A stretch of DNA of 64,000 bases from an uncultured Dehalococcoidia bacterium (GCA_958295525.1 OY282355.1:398260-462259), one strand, 5' to 3'. Numbered from the stretch's first letter, positions 10,034 to 20,439 are shown. Notes: a model not told the origin generated them from the sequence alone. Made by a program: numbers and translations.

Positions 10034-10780
10034 TTACTCGTCCTCTTTCCAGAAGCGCTCCTCGTACACGTTCCAGCCGTCGCCGCCGAGCCGCGACTTC
10101 ACGTCCTCGATCATCCCCGGGTTGCCGCACAGGTAGACCGCCGTGTCCTCTTTCGGCAGGCTCCAGCGCTGAATGTACTCCTCAATCAGCGTGTTCACCC
10201 TGCCCACGGGGCCGCTCCAGCCCCGGTTGCGGTCCGCCTGCGGACGGCTCACGGTCGTGATGAACGTGACCAATTCCGGGTGGCGTTCGGCGATGCGGTT
10301 CAACTCCGAGTCGTAGACGAACTCGTCCTGATGGCTCGCGCCCTCCATCACATAGAAGCGGTGCCCCCGGATGTTGTCCTTTTGCGCCTGCCGGATCATG
10401 CTCACGTACGGCGCGACCCCTGTCACGGTGCCCAGCATCAGGTGGTGATGGAACTGCGGCTGAAAGACGAAAAGCCCTTTCGCCCGCGGGCGCATCGAAA
10501 CCCAGTCGCCCACGTGCAGGTTCCACAGCAACGGCGTGAGTTTGCCTCCGTACTCCGGCAGCACGTACTCGATGAACAACTCGATCAGCGGCTCGTAGGG
10601 AGCGGACGCTATGGAGTACGGGCGCTCGATTCCCTCCTTGCCGATCGTGATGTACTGCCCCGGCTTGAAGCGAAACGGCTCCTCCGGGCGCACCCACAGC
10701 AGAAAGAGGTCCTCCGCCACTTCCTGCTTCTTCGCAACGTACGCCTTGGGAAGGTTGGCCAAACGGTCAATCTGCTGCAT
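10034..10780 (-). CDS. Ferredoxin-NADP+ reductase (bacterial Fpr type)
   Basis: FKPGQY, RPYSIAS, GKLTP, TVTGVAPY, YLCGNPGMI, EERFW. Confidence 0.88.
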   Translation of the reverse strand: MQQIDRLANLPKAYVAKKQEVAEDLFLLWVRPEEPFRFKPGQYITIGKEGIERPYSIASAPYEPLIELFIEYVLPEYGGKLTPLLWNLHVGDWVSMRPRAKGLFVFQPQFHHHLMLGTVTGVAPYVSMIRQAQKDNIRGHRFYVMEGASHQDEFVYDSELNRIAERHPELVTFITTVSRPQADRNRGWSGPVGRVNTLIEEYIQRWSLPKEDTAVYLCGNPGMIEDVKSRLGGDGWNVYEERFWKEDE

Positions 10781-13632
10781 TACGCGCCCTCCGTCGGCTG
10801 CGCCTCCGCGCGGACGATTCTCGCCGGCGCGGCGTTCAGCCGCTCGATGTGATTCATCGGGTCAGGGCGGTCGGATGCGTCGACCTCAACCGCCAGCGCT
10901 CCGAACAGCGTCGTCAGCGAAATCACGCCAACGGGAACCGCGTCCGAAATCTCCACGACGCCGCGCCGCTCGTCTCCGGCCTCCGTCACGGCGACCGCCG
11001 CGTCTCCCTCGCGCAGCCCCGCGTCCGCCGCGTCCGACGGATGCAGCGCGAGGCGCTCCTCACGCTCGACGCGGTTGCGCTTGCCCTCCGCGACGATGTC
11101 CGGCTTGCGCCCCGGCTGAATGAGCACGCGCCCGTGCGCCAGCGCAAGCGGGCGCTCCGCGCTCCGGCGCGGGCGCGGATGCCACGCGACCGGCTGCAGC
11201 CGCGCCTTTCCGTAGCGCAAGATCCCCGCGAACGGATCGGGCTCCTCCGCCGCGCCCTCCGGCGGAACCGGCCAGCGAAGCCCCGTGAGAACGTTGCCCG
11301 TGTACGCGACTTGCGTCGGCTGCGGCTCGTCCGCCGGAAACGCCGGAACGTCCAGCCGCTCGCGCAGCAGCCGCTCCGCCGTGATCCCCGCGTATTCGGG
11401 AACCGCCCGCGCGATCTCCTCCAGCGCCGCCTCCGGGCCGTCCCAAGCGAAGCCGTCCGCCCCCATCGCCTGCGCGACGCCCGCGACGATCTCCAGATCG
11501 CTCCGCGCGTCCACGCCTCTGCTCTTCACGACCTTCCGAAGCGGCTGAACGCGCCGCTCGATGTTCGTGTACGTCCCCGTCTTCTCCGCCCAAACCTCGG
11601 CGGGGAAAACGACGTCCGCCCGCTCCGTCGCCGCCGACGCGAACGCGCCGCTCACGACCAGGAAATCGAGCGCGTCCAGCGCCCCCGCAACGTCGCCCAG
11701 CGAGCCGTCCTCGTAGTGGACGTGATCGCCCAGCATAACCATCGCCTTGATCCGCCCCGCCCGCGCCTCGTCGAAGATGCGGCGGTTCCCCGCGCCCTGC
11801 TCGGCGGGAACCGGCGCCCCCCAGAGCGCCTCGATCTCCTCCCGGGCGGCGGCGTCCGCCGCGAAGCGATGCCCCGGCAGCGACGACGGCCACAGCCCCA
11901 TATCCCACGCCCCCTGGTCGTTCGCCCCGTGATATATCGGCAGCACGCCCGCGCCCCGCTTGCCGACGTTCCCCGTGGCGACCGCGAGCGCCGCCGCGAT
12001 GCGCGAGGTCGTCCGCCGCGTTCCGCCCACCGAACTGTCGCCGCCCAGCAGCAGCGCCGCCGGGCCCGCCCCGGCGTACAGGCGCGCCGCCTCCGTAATC
12101 CGCTCCGCCGGAACGCCCGTCTCCGCCGCGACCGCATCGAGTGTGAACGGCTCGAGCGACGCCGCCATATCGTCCCATCCTTCCGCATGGGCGCTGACGA
12201 ACGCCGCGTCGGTCAGCCCGTTGTCGAGCGCGGCGCGCAGCAGCCCGCCGAGAAGAACCGGGTCCGTGCCCGGATACGGCCGCAGCCACACGCTCGCGTA
12301 GCGCGTCAACTCCGTCTCACGCGAGTCCACGACGATCAGCCGCTGCGTTCCGGCGCGAACCGCCCGCTTGATCGGAACGGCCAGCACGTTCTGCTCCTCC
12401 GTGAGGTTCGCGCTCACAACCATCGCGACGGCGGACTCCTCGAGTTCCCACGCCGTCATCGTTCCCGCGAAATAGCCGAACACGTCCTGCAGACCCTCCA
12501 CAATCCCGGGCCGGTCGTTCGACGCGACGTCCACGTTGTTGGACCCCATCGCCGTTCGCGCGAACTTCTGCGCCGCGTACAACTCCTCGTTCGTGTTGCG
12601 CGGATTCGCCATCAGCGCGAACGCCGCCCCCCGGCGCCCCGCGAGCCCCGCCGCCGCCGCCGCGAACGCTTCCTCCCACGTCGCCTCGACGAGCGCGCCC
12701 CCCCGCCGCAGGAGCGGCTTCTTGATCCGCCGCTTATCGTTCACGTAGTTGAATCCGAACTTGCCCTTGAAGCACGCTTGCCCACGGTTCGCCGGAGCGT
12801 TCAACTCCGGCACGGCGCGCACGACGCGCTCCCAGTGATTCACCTCGTAGGTCATCGTGCAGCCGACCGGGCACTCCGCGCAGACCGACTGCTCCGTCCG
12901 CGACGGCCGCTCCCACTTGTGCGCGCTCTCCGTCAGCGCCCCGACGGGGCAGACGTCGATGCACGCGCCGCAGAACTCGCACCCCGACTCCAGCAGCGAG
13001 TCGCCCATCACGGTTCCGACGAGCGTCTGCCCCGCCCGCTCCGTCATCCCAATGGCGACGTCTCCGCGCAACTCGTCGCACGCCCGCGTGCAGCGCGCGC
13101 AGACGATGCAGAGGTTGTAGTCGCGGTCGTAGAACGGATCCTTCGTCTCCACCTGCAGATTGCGGTATTGATACGTCAGCGGCGAAACGAGTTCCTGCGC
13201 GTGAAACCGCGTCGTGTCTTTCAACTCGCAGCGCTCGTTCTTCGGGCAGGTCACGCACCGGTCGACCACGTCCACGTTCCGCAGGCAGACGTCCTGCGGC
13301 CCGCACAGGTCCACCCGGTGGCACGTGAGGCAGCCGTGCGGATGCTCCGAAAGCAGCAAGTCGAGCGTCGTGTCCCGAACCTTCGCCGCCTCCTCCGCCT
13401 TCGTGTTCACGACCATCCCGTCCCGAACCGGCAGCGTGCACGACGCCGGCGTTCCCCGCTGCCCTTCGATCTCCACGACGCACATACGGCAAGCCCCGTA
13501 GGGCTTCATCCCGGGGTGATAACAGAGGTACGGAACGTAAATTCCCGCGTCGTTCGCCGCCTGCACCACCATCTTCCCAGGCGCGGTCTTAACCTCCTGC
13601 CCGTCTATCGTGATCGTAATCTCGTCCGCCAT
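10780..13632 (-). CDS. FdhA/NuoG-like Fe-S molybdopterin-oxidoreductase-family subunit
   Basis: MADEITITIDG start; 2Fe-2S (LCYH..GACRMC..ASC), His-ligated 4Fe-4S motif, 2x4Fe-4S, CAECPVGC..CFKG; C-terminal EKTGTYTNIERRVQ. Confidence 0.85.
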   Translation of the reverse strand: MADEITITIDGQEVKTAPGKMVVQAANDAGIYVPYLCYHPGMKPYGACRMCVVEIEGQRGTPASCTLPVRDGMVVNTKAEEAAKVRDTTLDLLLSEHPHGCLTCHRVDLCGPQDVCLRNVDVVDRCVTCPKNERCELKDTTRFHAQELVSPLTYQYRNLQVETKDPFYDRDYNLCIVCARCTRACDELRGDVAIGMTERAGQTLVGTVMGDSLLESGCEFCGACIDVCPVGALTESAHKWERPSRTEQSVCAECPVGCTMTYEVNHWERVVRAVPELNAPANRGQACFKGKFGFNYVNDKRRIKKPLLRRGGALVEATWEEAFAAAAAGLAGRRGAAFALMANPRNTNEELYAAQKFARTAMGSNNVDVASNDRPGIVEGLQDVFGYFAGTMTAWELEESAVAMVVSANLTEEQNVLAVPIKRAVRAGTQRLIVVDSRETELTRYASVWLRPYPGTDPVLLGGLLRAALDNGLTDAAFVSAHAEGWDDMAASLEPFTLDAVAAETGVPAERITEAARLYAGAGPAALLLGGDSSVGGTRRTTSRIAAALAVATGNVGKRGAGVLPIYHGANDQGAWDMGLWPSSLPGHRFAADAAAREEIEALWGAPVPAEQGAGNRRIFDEARAGRIKAMVMLGDHVHYEDGSLGDVAGALDALDFLVVSGAFASAATERADVVFPAEVWAEKTGTYTNIERRVQPLRKVVKSRGVDARSDLEIVAGVAQAMGADGFAWDGPEAALEEIARAVPEYAGITAERLLRERLDVPAFPADEPQPTQVAYTGNVLTGLRWPVPPEGAAEEPDPFAGILRYGKARLQPVAWHPRPRRSAERPLALAHGRVLIQPGRKPDIVAEGKRNRVEREERLALHPSDAADAGLREGDAAVAVTEAGDERRGVVEISDAVPVGVISLTTLFGALAVEVDASDRPDPMNHIERLNAAPARIVRAEAQPTEGA

Positions 13633-13640
13633 TGCTTCGC

Positions 13641-15431
13641 CTACCTCGCTCCCCCGGCCGCTGCGGCCGCAGGCTCCATCCGCGAGACGAAATCCACCTT
13701 CACCGACGCCGTCGGCGTGCCGCCTGACATTTGCGCCCCGCGCCGCGTCGCCTTCGGCCCGACGAACGAGCCGATGGGCGGCGCTTCGCCGCCTTCCAAC
13801 CGCGCCCGGAACTCCCCGCCGAAGAACCGCACCGCGCTGGCGACGGGGTTGTACCCCAACTGCCCGTGCCCGCACAGCGATCCTCCCCGCATATTCAGCC
13901 CCACGCGCTCCATCAACTCCATATCCCCATCGCGCCCCGTCCCGTCCGCGATGCGCTCCAGGATCTCCAGCAGGTGGCTCATCCCCAGCCGGCACGGGAA
14001 GCACTTGCCGCACGACTCCATCTGATCGAACGCCAGCAGCGTCCGCGTCAAGTCCACCACCGACCGCTCCTCGTTGCAGACGATCAGCCCGCCGGAGCCG
14101 AACATCGCGCCCGCGCCCGCCATCTCGTCGAAGTCCAGCGTCATATCGAACTGCTCGGCGGGCAGAACGCCCCCCAGCGGCCCGCCAGTCTGCAGAAACT
14201 TCAGACCCTTGCCCTCCGGGTCGCCTCCGCCCAGTTCCTCGACGATCTGCCGCACCGTCACGCCGAACGGAACCTCCACGAGCCCGGGACGCCGAATGTC
14301 CCCCGAAAGGCACGCGATGGCCGTTCCGCTGCTCTTCTCCGTGCCGATTTCCTTGAACCACTCCGCCCCCCGCCGAACGATCTCAGGCGCGTAGCTCAGC
14401 GTCTTGATGTTGTTGATGTTGGACGGCTTCCCCCACACCCCATAGGCCGCCGGAAACGGAGGCCGGAACCGCGGCATCGAGCGCTTCCCCTCGATCGCCT
14501 CCATCAGCGCCGTCTCCTCCCCCGCCACATACGACTCTCCCACCAGCGAAACGTCCATCTCGAACGAGAAGTTCGACCCCAGCACGCCGCTTCCGAGCAG
14601 GCCGTTTTCGTAACAGGCCGCAATCGCCGCCCGCGTCCGGTCTATCGGCGCGTCGTGCCCGTGCCGGATGAACACGATGCCGTTCGACGCCCCCGTCGCA
14701 TAGCCCGCGATGACGCAGCCCTCGATCAGCGTGAACGGGTCGGTCTCTAATACCGTCTTGTCGTTGAACGCGCCCGGGTCGCCCTCCTCACAATTGCAAA
14801 GAATGTACTTCTCCGGAGCAGGGTTGCCCGCGAGGAAACTCCACTTCATCCCCGTCGAGAACGCCGCGCCTCCGCGCCCCCTCAAGCCCGAGTTTTTCAC
14901 CTCCTCCAGCGTCCGCTCCCGCCCCAACTCCGACAGCGCGCGGTTCAGCCCCGCGAATCCCCCGCGCGCGACGTACTGATCCAGATCGCCCGGGTCTATC
15001 TCCCCCGCGTTCCGAAGCGCGACGCGAACCTGGCGCCGCATCATCGGCAAATCCTCCAGACGCGGAACGCCCGCGACGTCGCAGTCCACGCTCGCCAGCG
15101 CCAACTCCGCGACCGCCTCGCCGCCCCGAACGTGACGCTCGACGATGACGGCGGCCTGCTCCGGCGCCGCGTTGCCGTACAGCGCGCGCGGCCCGCCCGG
15201 GACGAACACGTCCACGAGCGGCTCCGCGTAGCACAGCCCCCGCGTCCCCACCTCCGAAATCGCCGCGTCCGCGCCGCTCCGCGCAACGGCCTCCCGCAGC
15301 GCCGCCAGAACCTCCGGCGCGCCCGCCGCCTCGCCCATCAGCCCCGTGCCGACGCGAATCCACGGCTTCGCGTGCAGCGCGTCCCAGCGCTCCGCCGCGC
15401 GCATCCGCAACGCCTCATACGCCTCGGTCAC
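13641..15431 (-). CDS. NuoF/HydB-like NADH-binding FMN subunit
   Basis: SGLRGRGGAAF, CNCEEGDPGAF, GEETAL, ESCGKCFPCRLG...SLCGHG; GTG start overlaps the upstream stop. Confidence 0.9.
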   Translation of the reverse strand: MTEAYEALRMRAAERWDALHAKPWIRVGTGLMGEAAGAPEVLAALREAVARSGADAAISEVGTRGLCYAEPLVDVFVPGGPRALYGNAAPEQAAVIVERHVRGGEAVAELALASVDCDVAGVPRLEDLPMMRRQVRVALRNAGEIDPGDLDQYVARGGFAGLNRALSELGRERTLEEVKNSGLRGRGGAAFSTGMKWSFLAGNPAPEKYILCNCEEGDPGAFNDKTVLETDPFTLIEGCVIAGYATGASNGIVFIRHGHDAPIDRTRAAIAACYENGLLGSGVLGSNFSFEMDVSLVGESYVAGEETALMEAIEGKRSMPRFRPPFPAAYGVWGKPSNINNIKTLSYAPEIVRRGAEWFKEIGTEKSSGTAIACLSGDIRRPGLVEVPFGVTVRQIVEELGGGDPEGKGLKFLQTGGPLGGVLPAEQFDMTLDFDEMAGAGAMFGSGGLIVCNEERSVVDLTRTLLAFDQMESCGKCFPCRLGMSHLLEILERIADGTGRDGDMELMERVGLNMRGGSLCGHGQLGYNPVASAVRFFGGEFRARLEGGEAPPIGSFVGPKATRRGAQMSGGTPTASVKVDFVSRMEPAAAAAGGAR

Positions 15432-16096
15432 GCGCCCTGCTCCCCGGAGCGAACCCGCTCCAACCGGCTCACCGCCGCATCGAGCGACATCCGCCCCGCG
15501 AGTTGATGGTCGAAACTCATCGCCGGAGCGTGCGGGCAAACGCCCAAGCACGTATTGAACTTCAGCGAAACGCTTCCGTCCTCCGTGTCCCCCTCGCCGT
15601 CCAGCCCCAAATGCCGCGCCAAGCCCTGCAATATCGGCTGCGCCCCCAGCACGTGGCACGTCGGCCCCCAGCAAACCTCCACCGAATGGCGCGCCGGCGG
15701 CGTGAACCGGAAATTCGGATAAAACGACGCGACGCCCCACGCCTCGTTGACGCTCGCCCCTGCGCTCATCGCCGCCTCCTCTATCGCCTCGAAAGGCAGA
15801 TAATGGAGTTCGTCCTGCGCCGCCAGCAGCGACGAGAGCACGGTGACCGTCTTGCCGGGCTGCTCCGCGATGGCGCGCCGCGCCCTCTCCCGCAACTCCG
15901 CCCCGGACGGCGCCGCCCCCGCTGCGGGATGCGCCGCCCCGCCCCGCGACTCGCCGCCGGACATCGCCGCCCCCGCTGCGGGATGCGCCGCCCCCCACGA
16001 CTCGCCGCCGGACATCGCCGCCCCCGAAGAGGGATGCGCCGCGCCGACGGACGCGGCTGACGCAGGGGCTGTCTCGGATAGGGGCGCGCTGGTCAT
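15428..16096 (-). CDS. NuoE-like 2Fe-2S subunit with repetitive N-terminal extension
   Basis: [26 protein letters not shown]. Confidence 0.88.
   Translation of the reverse strand: MTSAPLSETAPASAASVGAAHPSSGAAMSGGESWGAAHPAAGAAMSGGESRGGAAHPAAGAAPSGAELRERARRAIAEQPGKTVTVLSSLLAAQDELHYLPFEAIEEAAMSAGASVNEAWGVASFYPNFRFTPPARHSVEVCWGPTCHVLGAQPILQGLARHLGLDGEGDTEDGSVSLKFNTCLGVCPHAPAMSFDHQLAGRMSLDAAVSRLERVRSGEQGA
15901..16045. repeat. Three ~48-51-bp tandem repeats in the nuoE-like 5' region
   Basis: Encodes repeated [16 protein letters not shown] units. Confidence 0.8.
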
Positions 16097-16416
16097 CGGT
16101 GCGTTGGCTCGTGCTTCTTAAATGTCCGTTCGTCGCTGCGCGTCGGCTCGCGCTCTTAGCGTCTGCTCGTCGCTGCGCGGCGGGAGAGGTGGCTTGCGCC
16201 CTTGCGCCGGAGGCGTCGGCCTGCTGCTCAACGCCGCCGCCCCCGAATCCTAGCACGCGCCCCTCCTTGCGGCAAGAGCGCGCCTGCCGACGCGCCCCGT
16301 CGCCGTTCTCGCTCCCTGCGAACCTACTGGAACATCGTCGTTCCCGTGTCTCCTTGCCGTCATTCCCGCGTAGGCGGGAATCTCGCCCCCGTCTCGCCTG
16401 TGCTACACTCCCGCGT

Positions 16417-17946
16417 ATGCGCCTCCTCCTCGCCGCCCCCGTCATCGCCGCCGTCACGCTCCTCGCCATCGCCGCCTGCCAGAGCGACCCCCCGCCCGCT
16501 CCCGTCCAAATGAGCGCGCGCCCAACGCCTACGCCCATTCTCGCGTCTACGCCAACCGCAACTTTCGCGCCAACCCCTACTGCAACGGCCACGCCCACGC
16601 CTATTCCGACGTTAACGCCTACGCCTGCGCCAACACCTACTGCAACGTCCGCGCCTACGGCTACTCCATCTCCCAGCCCAACCCCAACTCCGGCGCCCTA
16701 TCCAACACCTACCGCGACTCCTACGCTCACACCGACGCCTACCTCTACGCCAACCGCAACTCCCTCCGCGACGCCTTCTCCAACCCCGACGCGTGCTCTC
16801 ATTCTTGCCGCAACGTCGACGCCTACTTCAACCCCAACGCTTGCTCCCACGCCTATCCCAAGCCCGACCCCTACCTCAACGCCGACGCCAATTCCCGTCT
16901 CAACTCCCACGCTCATTCCCGAACCAGCCTCTACTCCTAGTCGCACTGCAACCGACAAGCCAGCGGGCGGCAAGACGGTGCTAATCACCGTGGGCTACGC
17001 GCCTGGCGGAGGGTTCGACACGTTTTCCCGCATCTTCGCAGCGCACCTGTCGAACGCGCTGTCACCGGATCACAATGTTGTCGTGACCAACAAGGTCGGA
17101 GCGAACACGCTCGTCGCGGCGCGCTCGGTGACCGGCAAAGCCTATCAAGACGACCACATGGACATTGTGGTGGTCATCTCCACGCTGATTCAGCAGTCCA
17201 TTCTCGGCGGGGTTCGGGGGTTCGATGGTGCGAACGACCTCTACTACCTCGGAGCGCCGGACTTCAGGCCCAGCGACCAAGCATGGTGCATCCGCACCGA
17301 CCTGTTGGACGACCCGAACAATGCACTCGACGAGTACTTCGCGGGCAACTTCACGCTGGGGCAGGTCGGAAGAGTGGACACCTACGCGACCTCCACCGAG
17401 TGGGCGGTGCAAGTCGGCTTTCCGTTCGACCGCAAGTTCGGCTACACGGGCACCTCGGACATGGACAGGGCTTTCAACGCGAAAGAGATCGAAATCACGC
17501 CCACATGCCGCGACTCGCAGGTGCAGCAGAACCCCGATTGGGCGGAAGGCTTCGCCACGCCGCTCTTCTACACCCGGGTTGAGCCCGATTGGGTGAAGGC
17601 AGGCAAGGCCGAGGGCAAATGGCAGTGGGTTGACAGCATCCGAAACATCGCGGAGCAGCGCCTCAACGCGCGCCCTGCGTACCTTGACGCGCTAGACGCG
17701 CTGCTGGACTCGGCGTCGACCAACCGCATCTTCGCAATGCCGAGGAACACGCCGGAGCCTATCGTGGACACAATGCGGGCAGCGTTCGATCAGGTCGTGC
17801 AAAGCGAGGGATTCATCGCCGATATGCGCTCCCGTAACTACGCCGTCGGCCTTCAGAGCGGAGCGCAATACCAAGCGCAAGTCGAACGCTTCGCCGGACT
17901 ACCTGACGAGACGCTGGCAATCGTTCGAGGGCTCTTCCCTAATTAA
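16417..17946 (+). CDS. TctC/Bug-family substrate-binding lipoprotein with long Pro/Thr linker
   Basis: Lipobox LAIAAC; ~150 aa PT repeats; [16 protein letters not shown]; TGcTACACT 7 nt before ATG. Confidence 0.8.
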   Translation: MRLLLAAPVIAAVTLLAIAACQSDPPPAPVQMSARPTPTPILASTPTATFAPTPTATATPTPIPTLTPTPAPTPTATSAPTATPSPSPTPTPAPYPTPTATPTLTPTPTSTPTATPSATPSPTPTRALILAATSTPTSTPTLAPTPIPSPTPTSTPTPIPVSTPTLIPEPASTPSRTATDKPAGGKTVLITVGYAPGGGFDTFSRIFAAHLSNALSPDHNVVVTNKVGANTLVAARSVTGKAYQDDHMDIVVVISTLIQQSILGGVRGFDGANDLYYLGAPDFRPSDQAWCIRTDLLDDPNNALDEYFAGNFTLGQVGRVDTYATSTEWAVQVGFPFDRKFGYTGTSDMDRAFNAKEIEITPTCRDSQVQQNPDWAEGFATPLFYTRVEPDWVKAGKAEGKWQWVDSIRNIAEQRLNARPAYLDALDALLDSASTNRIFAMPRNTPEPIVDTMRAAFDQVVQSEGFIADMRSRNYAVGLQSGAQYQAQVERFAGLPDETLAIVRGLFPN

Positions 17947-17951
17947 TGAAG

Positions 17952-19157
17952 TCACTCATCCTGCAGCACCGACGCCGGGGCTGCCCGTTCGCCCAAGCGT
18001 CTCTGAACGGCTTGATCAATCTGAGCGGCAACCGCCCGTTCCATATTGACAATACGGACAAGGTTAATGAATTGAGTAAACCCCAAATTTCTCACCATTT
18101 TGCCGATGAATTCATCGGCAAAACTAGCGGAAAACCGTCCCACAGACGAGAAGTCTATCTCAATGTATCCAGGTATGACTTTGAGGTAGTTGATAGTCTT
18201 GTTGTACATTTCAGCCCCAGCCTTCCGCGTATAGCCACGCGTTTCGCTCGCTACACGCAGAACGTACTTGTTGCTATTCATATCATAGATCTTCCAACTA
18301 AAATCCACTTCAGTCGACTGCCCCAGCGTTTTTTCAATGTCGATAGGCTCATCATAAGGTATTTGGAAATCGATGATGGTGTCTCCGTATCCTATGGGAA
18401 GACGACCTGATTGGTGAGTTGAAGATTCGCCCTCGATCCGGACTATCCCGTTTCCGGAAGAGACGACCAGCATCCCTTTACCTGCGCGGACCAACTCATT
18501 CAACCCCCACAAGCCGTTACCTTGATACGTTTTCGAGTCACGAGTATATTTGTGCCCCATAGCGAGGGTTATCGCGTCTTCATCTGACCTTGCAGTTCTC
18601 CTCTGCCGCAGAGACTCACGGATGCCCACGCCAGTGTCGGCTATGCAAATCGCCAAGCGCTTGTTCTTTCGGTGCAATTGAATTTCAAAAAACCCGACTG
18701 ACTCACGTGAGTGATTTGAAACGTTATCCATTATTTCATTCAGACACCACCCAATTGTATCAAGGTTACCCTTCGCAAACTCAACCGCTCCTTGCACACG
18801 GTCTATTATGGTGTCAATTGAGATTTCGACGGATTCCGGCGATCCAGTGAATTGATGGACGCGAGAAAGCACTGCATCAGAAGAGGCTATGTCATAGATA
18901 GGGTTTATGATCGAAGGGATTATCGGATTTCTCGATCCATCCGCGTATGTGACTTCTACGCCTGAGGCTTTGTAGTATTGCAACGTGGCGGCCATAGGCA
19001 CGTTTATGTTCGGGAACAGGCCGCCAACCTCTTGGAAATCCAGATGGATAGACCTGTGCCCGGCCTCAACGAGCGCCTTGAATTTGGCGACGAACTCGTT
19101 AGGGTCAATCGTCCCCATCAGCACCAACGCAGCGCTATTCAATTCTATTGGCACCAC
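17952..19157 (-). CDS. STAS-like / HATPase_c / DUF4325-like protein
   Basis: N-box EIMDNVSNHS, G1 DTGVGI, G2 GNGLWG; C-terminal IDFSSVGRFSASFADEFIG; markedly AT-richer DNA. Confidence 0.7.
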   Translation of the reverse strand: MVPIELNSAALVLMGTIDPNEFVAKFKALVEAGHRSIHLDFQEVGGLFPNINVPMAATLQYYKASGVEVTYADGSRNPIIPSIINPIYDIASSDAVLSRVHQFTGSPESVEISIDTIIDRVQGAVEFAKGNLDTIGWCLNEIMDNVSNHSRESVGFFEIQLHRKNKRLAICIADTGVGIRESLRQRRTARSDEDAITLAMGHKYTRDSKTYQGNGLWGLNELVRAGKGMLVVSSGNGIVRIEGESSTHQSGRLPIGYGDTIIDFQIPYDEPIDIEKTLGQSTEVDFSWKIYDMNSNKYVLRVASETRGYTRKAGAEMYNKTINYLKVIPGYIEIDFSSVGRFSASFADEFIGKMVRNLGFTQFINLVRIVNMERAVAAQIDQAVQRRLGERAAPASVLQDE

Positions 19158-19165
19158 ACCCCCCT

Positions 19166-20401
19166 CTACTCGCCTACTATCAACCGACGAATGAACATCC
19201 GTCCTACCCTAACGATGCTTCCGTAGGCGATGGACGCTTTCTCTTCGGTGAGCAATGCCCCGTTCACGCGCACCGCTCTCATCATTATATCCCGCCTGCT
19301 TTGGCTGCGGCTTATCGCTGCCCCCATAGATACTAACAGCCGGGGCATGTCCACCGTCGCATATTCCTCATGCAATGTCAATACTCCTGGGATTTCGGTG
19401 GAGATTGCAAATTCAGGAACTTCCGCAGGCGCCTCGCGCTCCTGAAAGACGCGCTCGAACTCCGCGCGGGCGGCGTCGGCTTCGGCGAACGTGTGGAACC
19501 TCGCGACGATCTCTTGCCCCAGCCGCTTCTTGTCGTCCATGCGCCGCGGGCCCTCGGCGGCGCCGATTTCGTCGAGGCGCTCGTCCGATGCGTCGGTCAG
19601 CAGTTCATAGTAGAGCCGAATCACGCCGTCGGGGAGCGACATAATCTTGCCGAACATATCGCGGGGCGTGTCCTCGATGGCGATGTAATTGCCGAGCGAC
19701 TTGCCCATCCGCCGGACGCCGTCCGTGCCCGGGAGAATCGGCATTGTGAAGACGATTTGCGGGCGCTGCCCCATCTTCTCTTGCAACTCCCGCCCGACCA
19801 GCAGGTTGAAGAGTTGGTCGGTTCCGCCGAACTCGACGTCGGCCTCGATGGCGACGGAATCGTAGGCTTGCAGCAGCGGGTAGAGCATCTCCGTGACGGC
19901 GATAGGCCGGTGGTCGCGGTAGCGCTGCGCGAAATCGTCGCGGTGCAGGAACTGGTTGATCGTGAAGCGCGACGTGAGCCGGATGACGTCGGCGAGCGTG
20001 AACTTGCCGAACCACTCGCTCTGATAGACCGCGCGCGTCTTGTCCGGGTCGACGACCTTGAAGAACTGGCGCATATAGGTTTCGGCGTTCGCCTTCACGT
20101 CGTCCGCGCCCAGCATCGTCCGCGTGTCGGATTGGCCGGACGGGTCGCCGATCTGCGCCGTCCAGTCGCCGACGATGAGGATGAGTTCGTGGCCGAGGTC
20201 TTGCAACTGGCGCAGTTTGCGGAGCCCGACGACGTGGCCGAGGTGGAGGTCGGGCCTGCTGGGGTCGAAGCCCATCTTGAGGCGCAGCGGCTTGCCCTCT
20301 TGCAAGCGCGCGGCGAACTCGGCCTCCGGAATGATCTGCGCGACCCCGCGCTTGGTGATGAGGTCGAGCGTCTCTTGGTCGGGCGGGCCGAGCGGCGGCA
20401 T
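19166..20401 (-). CDS. tyrS: Tyrosine-tRNA ligase
   Basis: GFDPSRPDLHLGH, YPLLQAYD, GGTDQLFN, RRMGKSLGN, C-terminal S4-like domain. Confidence 0.97.
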   Translation of the reverse strand: MPPLGPPDQETLDLITKRGVAQIIPEAEFAARLQEGKPLRLKMGFDPSRPDLHLGHVVGLRKLRQLQDLGHELILIVGDWTAQIGDPSGQSDTRTMLGADDVKANAETYMRQFFKVVDPDKTRAVYQSEWFGKFTLADVIRLTSRFTINQFLHRDDFAQRYRDHRPIAVTEMLYPLLQAYDSVAIEADVEFGGTDQLFNLLVGRELQEKMGQRPQIVFTMPILPGTDGVRRMGKSLGNYIAIEDTPRDMFGKIMSLPDGVIRLYYELLTDASDERLDEIGAAEGPRRMDDKKRLGQEIVARFHTFAEADAARAEFERVFQEREAPAEVPEFAISTEIPGVLTLHEEYATVDMPRLLVSMGAAISRSQSRRDIMMRAVRVNGALLTEEKASIAYGSIVRVGRMFIRRLIVGE

Positions 20402-20439
20402 CAGCGCGCCTCCTCCGAATGAGCCCTAGCGCAGCCATC

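Noticed and set aside
12500..12545. Selenocysteine-containing formate dehydrogenase
   Set aside because: No in-frame TGA or Cys at the Mo-ligand position
10849..14025. Very long opposite-strand ORFs (also 23823-25937, 45614-48265, 53302-55761, 56350-58512, 61624-63930)
   Set aside because: Shadow frames of real genes in high-GC DNA; Arg/Ala/Pro-rich with no motifs
13633..16598. N-terminal extensions of the FdhA-like and NuoF-like ORFs in the track
   Set aside because: They overlap the neighbouring genes in other frames; the likely starts are 13632 and 15431
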